Positions 17,677 to 27,111 of a stretch of 64,000 nt of DNA are shown here, in pieces (the stretch's first letter is position 1; each line of letters begins with the position of its first letter). The DNA is from Patescibacteria group bacterium (GTDB lineage: Bacteria; Patescibacteriota; Saccharimonadia; CAILAD01; JADZBC01). Both the position numbers and the translations under genes were made by a program. The DNA lies in assembly GCA_052034495.1 (NCBI GenBank), contig JBPOIL010000001.1:84293-148292 (forward strand), read 5' to 3'. The notes beneath the pieces are model-generated. The model searched no databases, was not told where the DNA came from, and worked only from the letters and a program-made list of their open reading frames with translations.

Positions 17677-18813
17677 CTTCGCTACACCCAGCGCCGTTCC
17701 ATTATGAGTACTCAGGCGCTTGGTTTTGATTCCATTGAGCCTTTCTTGTTCTGCCAAGATGTCATCATTCTGGCTGATCCCGCCGTCCACATAGACCACT
17801 TCGCCTGGGTCGAATAGATTCGCTATTACCGGAGCTGCTTCGTTGGCCAGAGAGATCATAAGTGAGTCAAAGGCTGATTTGTCTATGCCGTAAACTTTTG
17901 ACACCCGTGGGGCGGCATTCTCTATTTTGCCCTCAAGGGCGTAGGCGGGCTTGCCGTGCGGTCCTATGGCCAATGTTGTCAGGAAGCCGTCTTTGAGTTG
18001 GAACGTGTCACCAATGAGTCGCATGGGGAATATGCCCGTTCCATAGGTGATCTTTGCAGTTCCTGGCTCGGAGCCCGCGGCGTATAGGCTAGCCTGTTGG
18101 TCACCAATGACTGCCCGAATACCATGCGCCATGTGTGTACTGCTTGTTGCGTAGGAGCCAAAGTTGGACCAGCTGTGCTGAACTTCGGCTAACACACCAC
18201 GATCAACCTTAAATATATGGAGGAGTTCTTCATCCCATTTATGAGTATGGATGTTGAAGAGCATGGTGCGAGATGCGTTCGTATAATCAGTTAAAAAATT
18301 CCCGGTTAACTTGAAGATGAGCCAGCTATCCAAGGTTCCAATCGCGAGATCTTCACATGTCTTGATTGCATCTTGTTGCATGAGCCAATGGATTTTTGGG
18401 GCTGACGAGTAGGGGGTGAGGGCAAGTCCGGTTTTGTAGCGAATAACATCTTCGTAGCCGCGTGACTTTAGCTCATTGCAGTAACCTTCGGTACGCTTAT
18501 CGCTCCACAGAAGGAGTGGTGATAGCGCCTCGCCATTCGACTTATCCCAGGCAACAACACTCTCGCGCTGGTTTGTAATACCAAGGTTTGTTGGTTTAGT
18601 CCCGATAAACACTTCGGCCTGGGCCAGTAAAGATTTACAGGTTGCTAGTATTGTTTCGGGGTCTTGCTCCGCCCAGTCAGTGTGTTTGTGGGTGGTTTGT
18701 ACTGCCTGTTCCTTCGTGAAGACAGATTCAAGTTCCGAGCTGAACACCACTACACGAATGTTTGTGGTGCCTACATCTAGGACGACTGCGAGTTCATTTG
18801 TTGATGAGGTCAC
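17650..18813 (-). CDS. glpK: FGGY-family carbohydrate kinase, glycerol-kinase-like (short form)
   Basis: N-terminal LAVVLDVGTTNIRVVVF. DWAEQDPETIL. GTGIF motif. Confidence 0.6.
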   Translation of the reverse strand: MTSSTNELAVVLDVGTTNIRVVVFSSELESVFTKEQAVQTTHKHTDWAEQDPETILATCKSLLAQAEVFIGTKPTNLGITNQRESVVAWDKSNGEALSPLLLWSDKRTEGYCNELKSRGYEDVIRYKTGLALTPYSSAPKIHWLMQQDAIKTCEDLAIGTLDSWLIFKLTGNFLTDYTNASRTMLFNIHTHKWDEELLHIFKVDRGVLAEVQHSWSNFGSYATSSTHMAHGIRAVIGDQQASLYAAGSEPGTAKITYGTGIFPMRLIGDTFQLKDGFLTTLAIGPHGKPAYALEGKIENAAPRVSKVYGIDKSAFDSLMISLANEAAPVIANLFDPGEVVYVDGGISQNDDILAEQERLNGIKTKRLSTHNGTALGVAKLLFNLESS

Positions 18814-19720
18814 GAAACTGCTCCGCCGGGGCTTTATTTACGATAATGTGGTGTAGGCTGCTCAGGATAGGGAAGTTTGCGATGTCAATCACGCTGGGGA
18901 TCTCCATTAGTGAATTAAGGCCTTCTCCGCTAAGTCCATCCGTTTCGCCACCACCAATCTCTATGCCAATATGATGGTTGTACGACGTAGACCCCCATCC
19001 TGTTGCCAGTAGATCTCCAAGCCCGCACTGGCTATACGCCAAACTGCGGTCGAGCTGAAGTTTGCCAAGTACCGCTGCTAGCTCCGCGGCCATTCGAACA
19101 GTCATGGCCGCTTTAGCATTCGTACCAGCTTGCATGCCGTCGAGCACGCCAAGGCCAAGCGCGTAAATGTTCTTGAGCGTACCGCAGGCGGCAACCGTCG
19201 CTACGTCGCTTGTTGGCTCCAGGTGTAGGCCACCTGTTTTGAAGTCGGCTAGAATGTCTCCCGCAGGCCTCTTTGTGGCAAGGAAGCCGGAGCCGCCATC
19301 GCCCGCCATGACTTCTGCGGCTAGCATAGGGCCATAAATGAGGCCAAAGTTTTGCTTGGAGGGCAGCTCGGATTTGAGGACTTTATCCATAGTCACAAAC
19401 TTCGACTCCACGCCTTTTGCTACCGTTAGTACTATGTGGTCCTCGTCGAGACCGTCTTTAATATCTACCAAGATCTTTCTGAGGGCTCCTGATGGTACTG
19501 CCAAAATCATGACATTACTCTTCTGCATCAGCTCCGGTAGGCTCTGAACACTTCGCTTAGCTGGTTCTAGGTCCCAGAATGAGATCTGTCGGCCTGATTG
19601 TTTTAAGACTGCCGCAAGCGCCTGGCCAATCGCTCCAGCCCCGATAATCCCATATTTGTTCTGTCCGCCCATAACCCTCCTGTTAGCTGTATTATAGTCG
19701 GGAATGAGGCTCGATGCCAA
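18794..19720 (-). CDS. gpsA: NAD(P)H-dependent glycerol-3-phosphate dehydrogenase
   Basis: KYGIIGAGAIGQALA Rossmann motif. KNIYALGLG. 308 aa. Confidence 0.8.
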   Translation of the reverse strand: MASSLIPDYNTANRRVMGGQNKYGIIGAGAIGQALAAVLKQSGRQISFWDLEPAKRSVQSLPELMQKSNVMILAVPSGALRKILVDIKDGLDEDHIVLTVAKGVESKFVTMDKVLKSELPSKQNFGLIYGPMLAAEVMAGDGGSGFLATKRPAGDILADFKTGGLHLEPTSDVATVAACGTLKNIYALGLGVLDGMQAGTNAKAAMTVRMAAELAAVLGKLQLDRSLAYSQCGLGDLLATGWGSTSYNHHIGIEIGGGETDGLSGEGLNSLMEIPSVIDIANFPILSSLHHIIVNKAPAEQFRDLINK

Positions 19721-20252
19721 CCAAATATGCTATTATCGGCTTATGAAGAGCCGCATAGTAGTTGTGAATGACAAGATGCAAAAAGACTATAGCTACGAGC
19801 TTGTGGCGTCGCCAGGTAAGGAGTTTGATCCGGAGTTCACGCCCGAACTAACTCCAGCCGAGATGCTTGAGTTGGGTGTTTTTGGTGGGCGATATATGCG
19901 CGACTGTGGCAGCGAGTTCCCAAAAGAGTGGTTTAGCTCCGCTAAGTTTGCGGTCGGCGCTTCTGACCCAACGATTAACTACTTTGGCCTGCAGGCCAGC
20001 CAGCCGCTGAGTGTATGGCAGAAGAAGGGCTGGATATATCCGGAAGACCCACGTGGGTGGTTCCAGTGGTATTGCAGATACTATATGGGGCGACGCATTC
20101 CAGGCGAGGATATGCGCCAGATTAAGCGCTGGAAGGCAATGCGTAGGCACATTGGACAGATTAAGGCTAACTGCGCGTCGGGCGATTTAGAGTGTCGTCC
20201 AAGGCAGCGCCAAGCGTTGCTTCATTGGACTTACGATAGTCGGAAGATGTAG
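19704..20252 (+). CDS. conserved hypothetical protein (Trp/Tyr-rich); alternative start at 19742
   Basis: INYFGLQASQPLSVWQKKGWIYPEDPRGWFQWYCRYYMGRR. No family confidently recognised. Confidence 0.45.
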   Translation: MRLDANQICYYRLMKSRIVVVNDKMQKDYSYELVASPGKEFDPEFTPELTPAEMLELGVFGGRYMRDCGSEFPKEWFSSAKFAVGASDPTINYFGLQASQPLSVWQKKGWIYPEDPRGWFQWYCRYYMGRRIPGEDMRQIKRWKAMRRHIGQIKANCASGDLECRPRQRQALLHWTYDSRKM

Positions 20253-21002
20253 CTATTTTTTGCGGACTTTGAAGAAGATGCTTGGACCGAAGTAGAACTT
20301 AGCAAGTGCGGGCTGCAAGATTCTTTCGATTCTGATCATAGTCTTTTCGGGTAAGACCTTTTTAACTCCAGGCGACCGTAGGTTCGATACAGATAGGATC
20401 CTTTCTACTTTGAACCCTGCGGCTTCGAGCTGATCGTTCACGACCTTCGGATGATGGTTCACAAAGGCAATTGACTCGTTTTTAATATTCGATTCGCTAC
20501 GGCGCTCTACCGGTTCTTTGGAGACAGACTTTAGCTTCATGGCAGCCTTAATGCGTGATTTGAAGTGGAGTGAATTGGCTACTTCCAAGATGAGCGTGCC
20601 GTCCTTTTCTAGTACGCGATTAAGCTCTTTAAATGTTGGCTTAGGGTCGGGGAGGTGGTGCATAACGCGAATCATTGTGATGAGGTCGAGTTCAGCATCT
20701 TTGAACGGCAGCTTGTCGCCCTGGCCGTCTTTGAAGTCTACAGACGTAAGTCCCTTGGTAACGTCCTTGCCTCGATCGCGCTGTTGCTTGGATGGCTCAA
20801 CTACCGTTACGTGCTTGGCGTAAGAACGAAGTAGCTTTGCCAATCGTCCAAAGCCGCCACCTACATCGGCCGCATCTTTGTACACCTTCTTGCCCAAGAG
20901 CATATTAAGAGCGAGCTCTTCGGCCGCGTTTTCGTAGTCTCGGCCGTTCCAGTAGTCTACGTAGTTAAAGTTTGGGTCGTCGTATTGGTTGGCTTTCTTC
21001 AT
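20253..21002 (-). CDS. class I SAM-dependent methyltransferase
   Basis: Motif I VADVGGGFGRLA. Confidence 0.7.
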   Translation of the reverse strand: MKKANQYDDPNFNYVDYWNGRDYENAAEELALNMLLGKKVYKDAADVGGGFGRLAKLLRSYAKHVTVVEPSKQQRDRGKDVTKGLTSVDFKDGQGDKLPFKDAELDLITMIRVMHHLPDPKPTFKELNRVLEKDGTLILEVANSLHFKSRIKAAMKLKSVSKEPVERRSESNIKNESIAFVNHHPKVVNDQLEAAGFKVERILSVSNLRSPGVKKVLPEKTMIRIERILQPALAKFYFGPSIFFKVRKK

Positions 21003-21170
21003 AGATTCATTATACCACCTTAGAGCTTAGCGAATACCCAACAAAAAGCATAAGCACTCTTGACAGATAATAAAAAATGATATATAGTTTCAACACTATG
21101 TCAAATAACACACACATTAAGCCGAATGTTGCTCGCGCAATTCTAGGAATGGAAATGCGAGCGGTGCTGC

Positions 21171-21298
21171 GCTAAGTTCTTTTATTATTGGATTCTCTTT
21201 GAACACAGTATGAGCTCGGCGCAGTCCGAGCTCTTTCGTTTTGGCCCAGGTTTCTGGTCGCCTTAACGCTGTGTTCTTTAACAATCCAATAAGTTCTT
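21171..21298. mobile_element. MITE-like element: ~24-bp imperfect terminal inverted repeats (TTATTGGATT..TTGAACACAG / CTGTGTTC..AATCCAATAA) flanked by direct AAGTTCTT repeats, with a GC hairpin terminator inside
   Basis: Inverted repeats at 21185-21208 and 21268-21292. AAGTTCTT at 21175-21181 and 21292-21298. Hairpin gagctcgg-cgcagt-ccgagctc plus T-run at 21213-21245. Confidence 0.3.
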
Positions 21299-21337
21299 CA
21301 ATCTAACCCTAACCAATCCCGACCGAAAGGGGCGCCC

Positions 21338-23128
21338 ATGTTGGGTGCAATCCGTAAACTGTTCGAGCTCGTTGGCCTGATCGCCAAGGAGCCTGGAGGA
21401 GACAAGAAGGTACGACAGGTTAAAAAGGATGCCAAGAAGGCACTCTTTTGGCTGGTCGTTACAGAACTGCTGGAGATCGTTCAGATCTATCCGGTGAAGT
21501 ACTTCGTTGATGGAATCGCCCAGGGCAAGAGTCTCGGCTACCTGCTGAGCATTGTCGGTGTGATGCTGGCCATCGACGTGGTTGTGCGCATTGTTGCCAA
21601 CACGATGAACCATACTCGGCATGTTGCTGCGTGGCATCAGTACGTCATGCTGCTTGGCTTCGGTCAGGCAAAGCAAATGAGCATGGACGTGGCGTGGCAC
21701 CTTGAGCACGGCACAGGCGAAAAGGAATCCTTGATCGCCAAGAACCTCAATCGGATCGACAACTTGACGGATCGAGTCATTTACAACGGCTTGCCCGTGG
21801 TGATTCGGATCGTGTTGACGATTGTGGCTTTGTTCATCTTCGGTCCGGTTTTCGCACTGTTTGGTGTGATTGTGGTTGGGCTGTTCGTGGCTGTCATGGC
21901 CTACAACGGTCGCTACATCAAGCCAATCGACAAGGCCGGCCATCATGCCTGGAAGGACATGCATACTCGCGGGACTGAGCTGTCAGCAAAGTCACGTACT
22001 CTGAAGCAATTCGGGGTCGAAGCGAGCTTTGCGCGGCGCTATCAGTCTGTTCTAGACGGCTATGCCGAAGACGACATTGAACGCAACCGTGCTTGGCGCC
22101 GTTATCAGCGTCGTCCCGAATACGTCCTGATGGCTGCTTTCCTTGGCATGTATGCGTTGCTGGCGCTGTTGCACAACGGAACCGGTGGCGCTGTCACTGT
22201 TGGTACAGTGGTGCTGGTGATTGACTGGTTGAGGCGAATCTTCATCAACCTTTACCAGTTCCGAGATGTGCAGCGAGCCATTTCGGATGGCAGCGAGGCG
22301 CTCAATGAGTACATCGGGCTTTTCAAGACCGTTCCGAGCATTCGACAGCCCGCTACTCCCCAGAAGCCCACTGCGGCAGAGGGGAGGATTGAGCTGCGCT
22401 GCATGGGCTTTACGCATGCTGGTAATTGCGTGCCGACTCTTAAGGAGTTGGATTTGGTCATTGAGCCAAATACCACTATTGCGCTGGTTGGTCCCTCTGG
22501 GGCTGGCAAGTCAACGGTGGCCGCACTGCTGGCACGTGAGGCTGATCCGACCGAAGGGGAGATTCTCTTTGACGGCATTAGCTTGCGGCAGTTTGACTAC
22601 GACTACCTGCGCCAGCAGATGGTTACGGTCGTGTCGCAAGACGTGCAGCTGATCGATGGCAGCATCGCTGACAACATTCGCATGGGCAATGCCCTGGCAA
22701 GTGACGAAGCGGTGCACCAGGCTGCGCAGCGCGCTCATGCAGATGAGTTCATTGCCAGGCTGCCACACGGCTATGCCAGCCAGGTGGGCGAGAATGGCGT
22801 GCGGCTGTCAGGCGGACAGAGGCAGCGCGTGGCGATTGCCCGGGCTCTTCTGCGCAACCCCAAACTGTTGATCCTGGACGAGGCTACGAGCGCGCTCGAT
22901 GCACGCTCGCAAGACTTCGTGAAGGCGACGGTGGACGAGATGATTCAGTCTCGTCAGGCCACCATTGTGGTCATTGCTCACCGCTTGAGCACCGTGGAGT
23001 CGGCCGACGTGGTCTACTACATGGAAGACGGCCGTATTGTTGAGCATGGCGCTCACGCAGAGCTTTTGGCTCAAGGTGGCCGTTACGCCGAGATGGTGGC
23101 GCGTGAGATTGGAGAGCATTTGGACTGA
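21338..23128 (+). CDS. ABC transporter, fused permease/ATP-binding exporter
   Basis: Walker A GPSGAGKST, ABC signature LSGGQRQRVAIARAL, Walker B LLILDEATSALD, N-terminal TM domain. GC clearly above the window average. Confidence 0.85.
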   Translation: MLGAIRKLFELVGLIAKEPGGDKKVRQVKKDAKKALFWLVVTELLEIVQIYPVKYFVDGIAQGKSLGYLLSIVGVMLAIDVVVRIVANTMNHTRHVAAWHQYVMLLGFGQAKQMSMDVAWHLEHGTGEKESLIAKNLNRIDNLTDRVIYNGLPVVIRIVLTIVALFIFGPVFALFGVIVVGLFVAVMAYNGRYIKPIDKAGHHAWKDMHTRGTELSAKSRTLKQFGVEASFARRYQSVLDGYAEDDIERNRAWRRYQRRPEYVLMAAFLGMYALLALLHNGTGGAVTVGTVVLVIDWLRRIFINLYQFRDVQRAISDGSEALNEYIGLFKTVPSIRQPATPQKPTAAEGRIELRCMGFTHAGNCVPTLKELDLVIEPNTTIALVGPSGAGKSTVAALLAREADPTEGEILFDGISLRQFDYDYLRQQMVTVVSQDVQLIDGSIADNIRMGNALASDEAVHQAAQRAHADEFIARLPHGYASQVGENGVRLSGGQRQRVAIARALLRNPKLLILDEATSALDARSQDFVKATVDEMIQSRQATIVVIAHRLSTVESADVVYYMEDGRIVEHGAHAELLAQGGRYAEMVAREIGEHLD

Positions 23129-23317
23129 CATAGAAAGGAGGGTGACGGCGGGACGCGGGTGAATAACCTTGCGCCCCGCCTATCCCAAGTTGATAAGCCG
23201 AGAGGGGCTCTGACGTACTTTATAACGACATAGTAAAGAATTCAGAGTCCCTTCCGGCAGAGCAACAAGGCTCTCCGGCCCGCACGTTGGCGGGTTAGTT
23301 CGAAAGGGCGTACGTGT

Positions 23318-23863
23318 ATGTACGGACCAGTTATTGAAGGGGCAAAGTGCAAGCTTCGGCCTCATGTTGAGAAGGATGCCCATCTGTTCGTGCAGATGTT
23401 GGCCGACCCGGAGGTGAACAGGTACCTCTCGATGCAGTCGCCACCGAGCATCAGGTCTGAGCTGGAGTGGATCGAGGCACGCGCCAAGGATCCGCGGACC
23501 CTCGGCTGGACTATCGAGGTCGAGGGCAAGTGCGTCGGCTACGTTGGCGTAGACGCCATTAATTGGCGCAATGGCCACGGAACGGTTGGCATCTTCATCG
23601 GCCGCTCAGACCTGTGGGGCAAGGGCATCACGACCGAGGTTGCCCAGCTGGTGGCGCGCTATGTGTTCACCCAGACACCTCTGCGCAAGATCAAGGCCGG
23701 CTACCTGGCCCCCAATGTGGCGTCAGCCAAGGCCCAGGCTCGGATTGGCCTACGTGAGGTTGGCCGTTGGCACGCCGAGTATTTCCGCGATGGCCAGTGG
23801 GTCGACCATGTGTTGACCGAGCTGACCCGCGAGGAGTGGGTGGCAGCCCAGCTGAGTCGGTAG
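23318..23863 (+). CDS. GNAT family N-acetyltransferase (RimJ/RimL-like)
   Basis: GWTIEVEGKCVGYVGVDAINWRNGHGTVGIFIG...GKGITTEV. GC-rich. Confidence 0.65.
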   Translation: MYGPVIEGAKCKLRPHVEKDAHLFVQMLADPEVNRYLSMQSPPSIRSELEWIEARAKDPRTLGWTIEVEGKCVGYVGVDAINWRNGHGTVGIFIGRSDLWGKGITTEVAQLVARYVFTQTPLRKIKAGYLAPNVASAKAQARIGLREVGRWHAEYFRDGQWVDHVLTELTREEWVAAQLSR

Positions 23864-23952
23864 GCTCACCAACCCCCATCCACGCAAGCCCCTGGCGACT
23901 CGTTCGTCGGGGGCTTCTACCTTTAGCGCCGCTTCTCCGTTATACTTAGAAC

Positions 23953-24591
23953 ATGATTGTAATCGACGTAGAAGCAACGGGGATTGACCCTAAAAGAAAT
24001 TCACTTTTGAGTATTGGTGCGGTTAATTTTCACAACCCTAAAGAACAGTTTTATAAAGAATGTTATGCGTTCGAGGGCGCCGAGATCGATGAGTCGGCGA
24101 TTGCTTATTGTGGCTTTACCATGGAGCAAGCCACTGACAAGTCTAAACTAAGTGAAGGCGAGATGGTCCAAGCTTTCTTTGACTGGGCTAAGCAGTTTGA
24201 TCAGATTACCTTGGCTGGAGAAAACGTAGTGTGGTTGGATTTGGCCGCCTTAAGCTATGCTGCCGAGAGGCACGGACTTAAACATGACTTCGCGTTCAAG
24301 AGTCAGTTCGCGTATCAACAACCCATGCCCTTTGGCTTTCGAACCGTAGACCTGCACTCAATATCTTATGCGCACCACCTAAAGCGCGGCGTAAAGCCTC
24401 CGATGGAAAAGGGCCTAACTCGCTTAAGCGCCGACACTACATTACAGTATGTAGGCATCCCGCCAGAACCAAAGCCTCACCATGCTCTGAACGGAGCCAA
24501 ATACGAAGCCGAGGCTTTTTCCCGGTTCATTTATGGCAAGAACTTACTTCCAGAGTTCGCCGAATATCCAATCCCAGAGTATCTTCAATAA
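23953..24591 (+). CDS. DEDD-family 3'-5' exonuclease (DnaQ-like)
   Basis: MIVIDVEATGIDPKRNSLLSIGAV Exo I motif. Confidence 0.6.
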   Translation: MIVIDVEATGIDPKRNSLLSIGAVNFHNPKEQFYKECYAFEGAEIDESAIAYCGFTMEQATDKSKLSEGEMVQAFFDWAKQFDQITLAGENVVWLDLAALSYAAERHGLKHDFAFKSQFAYQQPMPFGFRTVDLHSISYAHHLKRGVKPPMEKGLTRLSADTTLQYVGIPPEPKPHHALNGAKYEAEAFSRFIYGKNLLPEFAEYPIPEYLQ

Positions 24592-24704
24592 TAATTCCTT
24601 CGTCATTACTTAGCTGTTGGTCAGGTAGACTTCACGCTTGCGCTAACCTGAAAAGCGTACTATCATCAACTTAAAGCATAACAATTAAGTAAAGGGACAT
24701 CGCC

Positions 24705-25055
24705 ATGGCAGAATCAGTAGAAAAAGCTCCGAAATCAGGTACAGAGAAGGACCAGAACATTAAGAACATGGCCGCACTGGCTTACATCATCTTCTTTATC
24801 CCGATGATTACTAACAAGGATTCGAAGTTTGCCATGTATCATGCAAACCAAGGCCTTGTTTTGTTGCTAACGGTTATCGGATTGAATATTGTAACTGGCT
24901 TCTTGGGTGGAATACTCTTTTTCTTTGGCGGCTTCTTCCTCTGGATGGTCCCAGGGATCGTTGGCCTAGTATTCGCCGTGCTTGGCATTATGGCCGCGCT
25001 TAACGGTGAGATGAAGCCACTTCCAGTTGTCGGTTCAATAAGCATCATCAAGTAG
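24705..25055 (+). CDS. DUF4870 family membrane protein
   Basis: AALAYIIFFIPMI...FAMYHANQGLVL motif. Confidence 0.55.
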   Translation: MAESVEKAPKSGTEKDQNIKNMAALAYIIFFIPMITNKDSKFAMYHANQGLVLLLTVIGLNIVTGFLGGILFFFGGFFLWMVPGIVGLVFAVLGIMAALNGEMKPLPVVGSISIIK

Positions 25056-25059
25056 CGCA

Positions 25060-25731
25060 ATGGCAGACAATAAACCAACCCCCACCAAGCAAACCCGCCC
25101 AGTAGAGTCAATTAGTCGACCTCAGCCCACGTTAGACACGAGCTCGCCAAAGGTAGAGGCCAGCCCAGCAAAGCCCGCTTCTAGCAGTAAGACGACAAAG
25201 CCGACCGACAAGAACAAGACTCTGAAGGTCGTGCTGATCGTCGTTGGAGTACTCGTATTGCTGAGTATTATTGGCAGTATCGTTGCCGGCTTTGCAGCGA
25301 AAAGCTTATTCGAAGGTGGAATAAAGGCAGTGACAGGCAACGAAGCCAAGGTCGATTCCAAGAGCGGCCAAGTAACCGTAACAAGCAAAGATGGCAAATC
25401 GACGGTAAGTACGGAGCAAAAACTTCCCGCTGGCTTCCCCGAAGATGTCCCAGTCTATGAGCCATCAACCATTCGTTTTTCGGCAAGCCTAACTAAAGGC
25501 TCCTACAACGTAACGCTCAGTACGAACGATAGCTCAGACAAAGTGAAGAGTTATTATGACAAGGAGCTCAAGGCAGAAGGCTGGCAAATGAAGGAAAACA
25601 CCCAGATTACCTTTGGTTCGGTTACTACTACCTCATACACGAAAGACAAGAGTGAACTTACGGTAGTAATAACTGGCGACAGTGATGTTTCTAAGTCTAC
25701 CGCCGTTAGTCTGAGCGTGAAAACTAACTAA
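25060..25731 (+). CDS. hypothetical membrane-anchored/secreted Ser/Thr/Lys-rich protein
   Basis: N-terminal low-complexity region, one TM segment, 223 aa. Confidence 0.5.
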   Translation: MADNKPTPTKQTRPVESISRPQPTLDTSSPKVEASPAKPASSSKTTKPTDKNKTLKVVLIVVGVLVLLSIIGSIVAGFAAKSLFEGGIKAVTGNEAKVDSKSGQVTVTSKDGKSTVSTEQKLPAGFPEDVPVYEPSTIRFSASLTKGSYNVTLSTNDSSDKVKSYYDKELKAEGWQMKENTQITFGSVTTTSYTKDKSELTVVITGDSDVSKSTAVSLSVKTN

Positions 25732-25733
25732 GT

Positions 25734-26300
25734 ATGAAGAAGATCTTTGCAGTATCGTATCTGCAATTCGTTCTAGGCATAGTGTTTACTGCTGCTACAT
25801 TCGCTTTGACGTTTTATGTAGACATTGTTGCCAAGTTAACTGGGCAAGAAAACATTAGCGAGAGTATTCTACGGCAAACATTAGGCGACCAAATTAGCGA
25901 CTTTAGCGGGATTGGTACCGTGAACACCGTGGTGATCGTGCTGTTCTGGAGCGCAGTGGGCCTGGCTGCTTATACGGCCGTTTGGTCTATGGCGAGTAGC
26001 TACATTAATGCTCGCAATGGCGTGAAGGTCGAGCAGGAGTATACCAACAGAGGGGATATTAAGGAGCGTATGCGCGTGCCGTTACTGCGTGCCGGTATTA
26101 TCATTGGTTTGATAATTCTGCTTATTGTCACATTGCAGAGCTTATGGCCAAGCTGGCTAGGCATGTTTGGGCAGTTCCTTACGACGGTTAGCACAGATGT
26201 CGTAGCTGCGCTTGGTTATTTTGTCGCAGCATTTGTAGGCGCTCTACTAAACTTATATGTTTTTAAAGTTGGAATAAGCGCAGCCCGAGCACTTAAGTAG
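25734..26300 (+). CDS. hypothetical multi-TM membrane protein
   Basis: Starts 3 nt after the previous stop. 188 aa, hydrophobic. Confidence 0.5.
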   Translation: MKKIFAVSYLQFVLGIVFTAATFALTFYVDIVAKLTGQENISESILRQTLGDQISDFSGIGTVNTVVIVLFWSAVGLAAYTAVWSMASSYINARNGVKVEQEYTNRGDIKERMRVPLLRAGIIIGLIILLIVTLQSLWPSWLGMFGQFLTTVSTDVVAALGYFVAAFVGALLNLYVFKVGISAARALK

Positions 26301-26369
26301 ATCGGCCTTTCCGGCGCATCTAAAAACCACTCCAAATAGGAGTGGTTTTTAGATAGCGTTAGCTGACTT

Positions 26370-26993
26370 TTAGTATTTTCGGATTAAGCCGATTACAGTA
26401 CCCTGGATCTTGAGGGGCGTACCTGGCTCTACGTAGATAGGCTCCATGGCTGCGTTCGAGGGCTGTAGGCGTATTCGTCGAGCTTCCTTGTAATAGCGCT
26501 TCAGGGTAGCTTCAGAGTTGTTCACCAGGGCCACCACAAGCTGCCCATTACTGGCAGTCTCTTGTTCCTGTACTACCACGTAGTCGCCGTCATTAATGCC
26601 TTCATCGATCATGCTTTGTCCTTTTACTTGGAGCACATAGGAGTTCTTGCGGCCGACCATGAATGGGGGCACCTCGAGAGTTTCAGTTTGCCCTTCCATG
26701 GCCTCTATGGGGCTACCTGCGGCAATTCTACCTAGGATCGGCAAAGCTACACCAGGCATCTCCATCCCGGCCTGTACGTCTTCTACCGGCATGAGCGAGC
26801 GAGCTGAGTTGCTGCCCTTGGTGAGGAGGCCCTTTGCTACCAGCGAGTCAATATGCTGCGCAACCGTTGCGACAGAGTTCAGCTTGAGCCCCGTTGCGAT
26901 CTCGCGATAGCTAGGGGAGTAGCCTTTTTGTTCGATAAAGCCCGTTACGTAGTCGAGCATACGACGTTGTTTTTTGGTAAGTGCGGTTTTCAT
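26370..26993 (-). CDS. lexA: LexA repressor (S24 peptidase)
   Basis: HTH GYSPSYREIATGL. VKGQSMIDEGINDGDYVVV (Ser nucleophile). Catalytic Lys in TLKRYYKE. Confidence 0.85.
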   Translation of the reverse strand: MKTALTKKQRRMLDYVTGFIEQKGYSPSYREIATGLKLNSVATVAQHIDSLVAKGLLTKGSNSARSLMPVEDVQAGMEMPGVALPILGRIAAGSPIEAMEGQTETLEVPPFMVGRKNSYVLQVKGQSMIDEGINDGDYVVVQEQETASNGQLVVALVNNSEATLKRYYKEARRIRLQPSNAAMEPIYVEPGTPLKIQGTVIGLIRKY

Positions 26994-27022
26994 TTTGAGC
27001 CCTCCTTAAGATACTTAAGCGT

Positions 27023-27052
27023 ATTATAGCGAACAGCTTACGAACTTGTCAA
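27023..27052 (-). promoter_or_regulatory. sigma70-type promoter of lexA (TTGACA-18 nt-TATAAT) whose spacer carries a GTTCG-N6-GTTCG direct repeat
   Basis: Minus-strand read: ttgacaAGTTCGTAAGCTGTTCGCtataat, then AAGGAGGG RBS before the lexA ATG. Confidence 0.55.
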
Positions 27053-27068
27053 CACCATTTGTGTAAAC

Positions 27069-27096
27069 AAAAACACCCCTCTTTTGAGGGGTGTTT
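27069..27096 (-). terminator. rho-independent terminator (aacacccctc-tttt-gaggggtgtt) for the minus-strand 69-aa gene
   Basis: Perfect 10-bp stem. On the minus strand it is followed by TTTTTGTTT. Confidence 0.7.
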
Positions 27097-27111
27097 AGCC
27101 TAGAAAAGGTT

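Noticed and set aside
21300-21320. Telomere-like CTAACCCTAACC in the ABC exporter 5' UTR
   Set aside because: Only two hexamer units. No biological context in a bacterial chromosome. Likely chance.
21278-21964. 228-aa His/Gln-rich minus-strand ORF antisense to the ABC exporter, along with other antisense ORFs at 22052-22578, 22808-23131 and 23180-23578
   Set aside because: They lie entirely within well-supported plus-strand genes in GC-rich DNA, where long spurious antisense ORFs are expected. They show no motifs and low-complexity composition.
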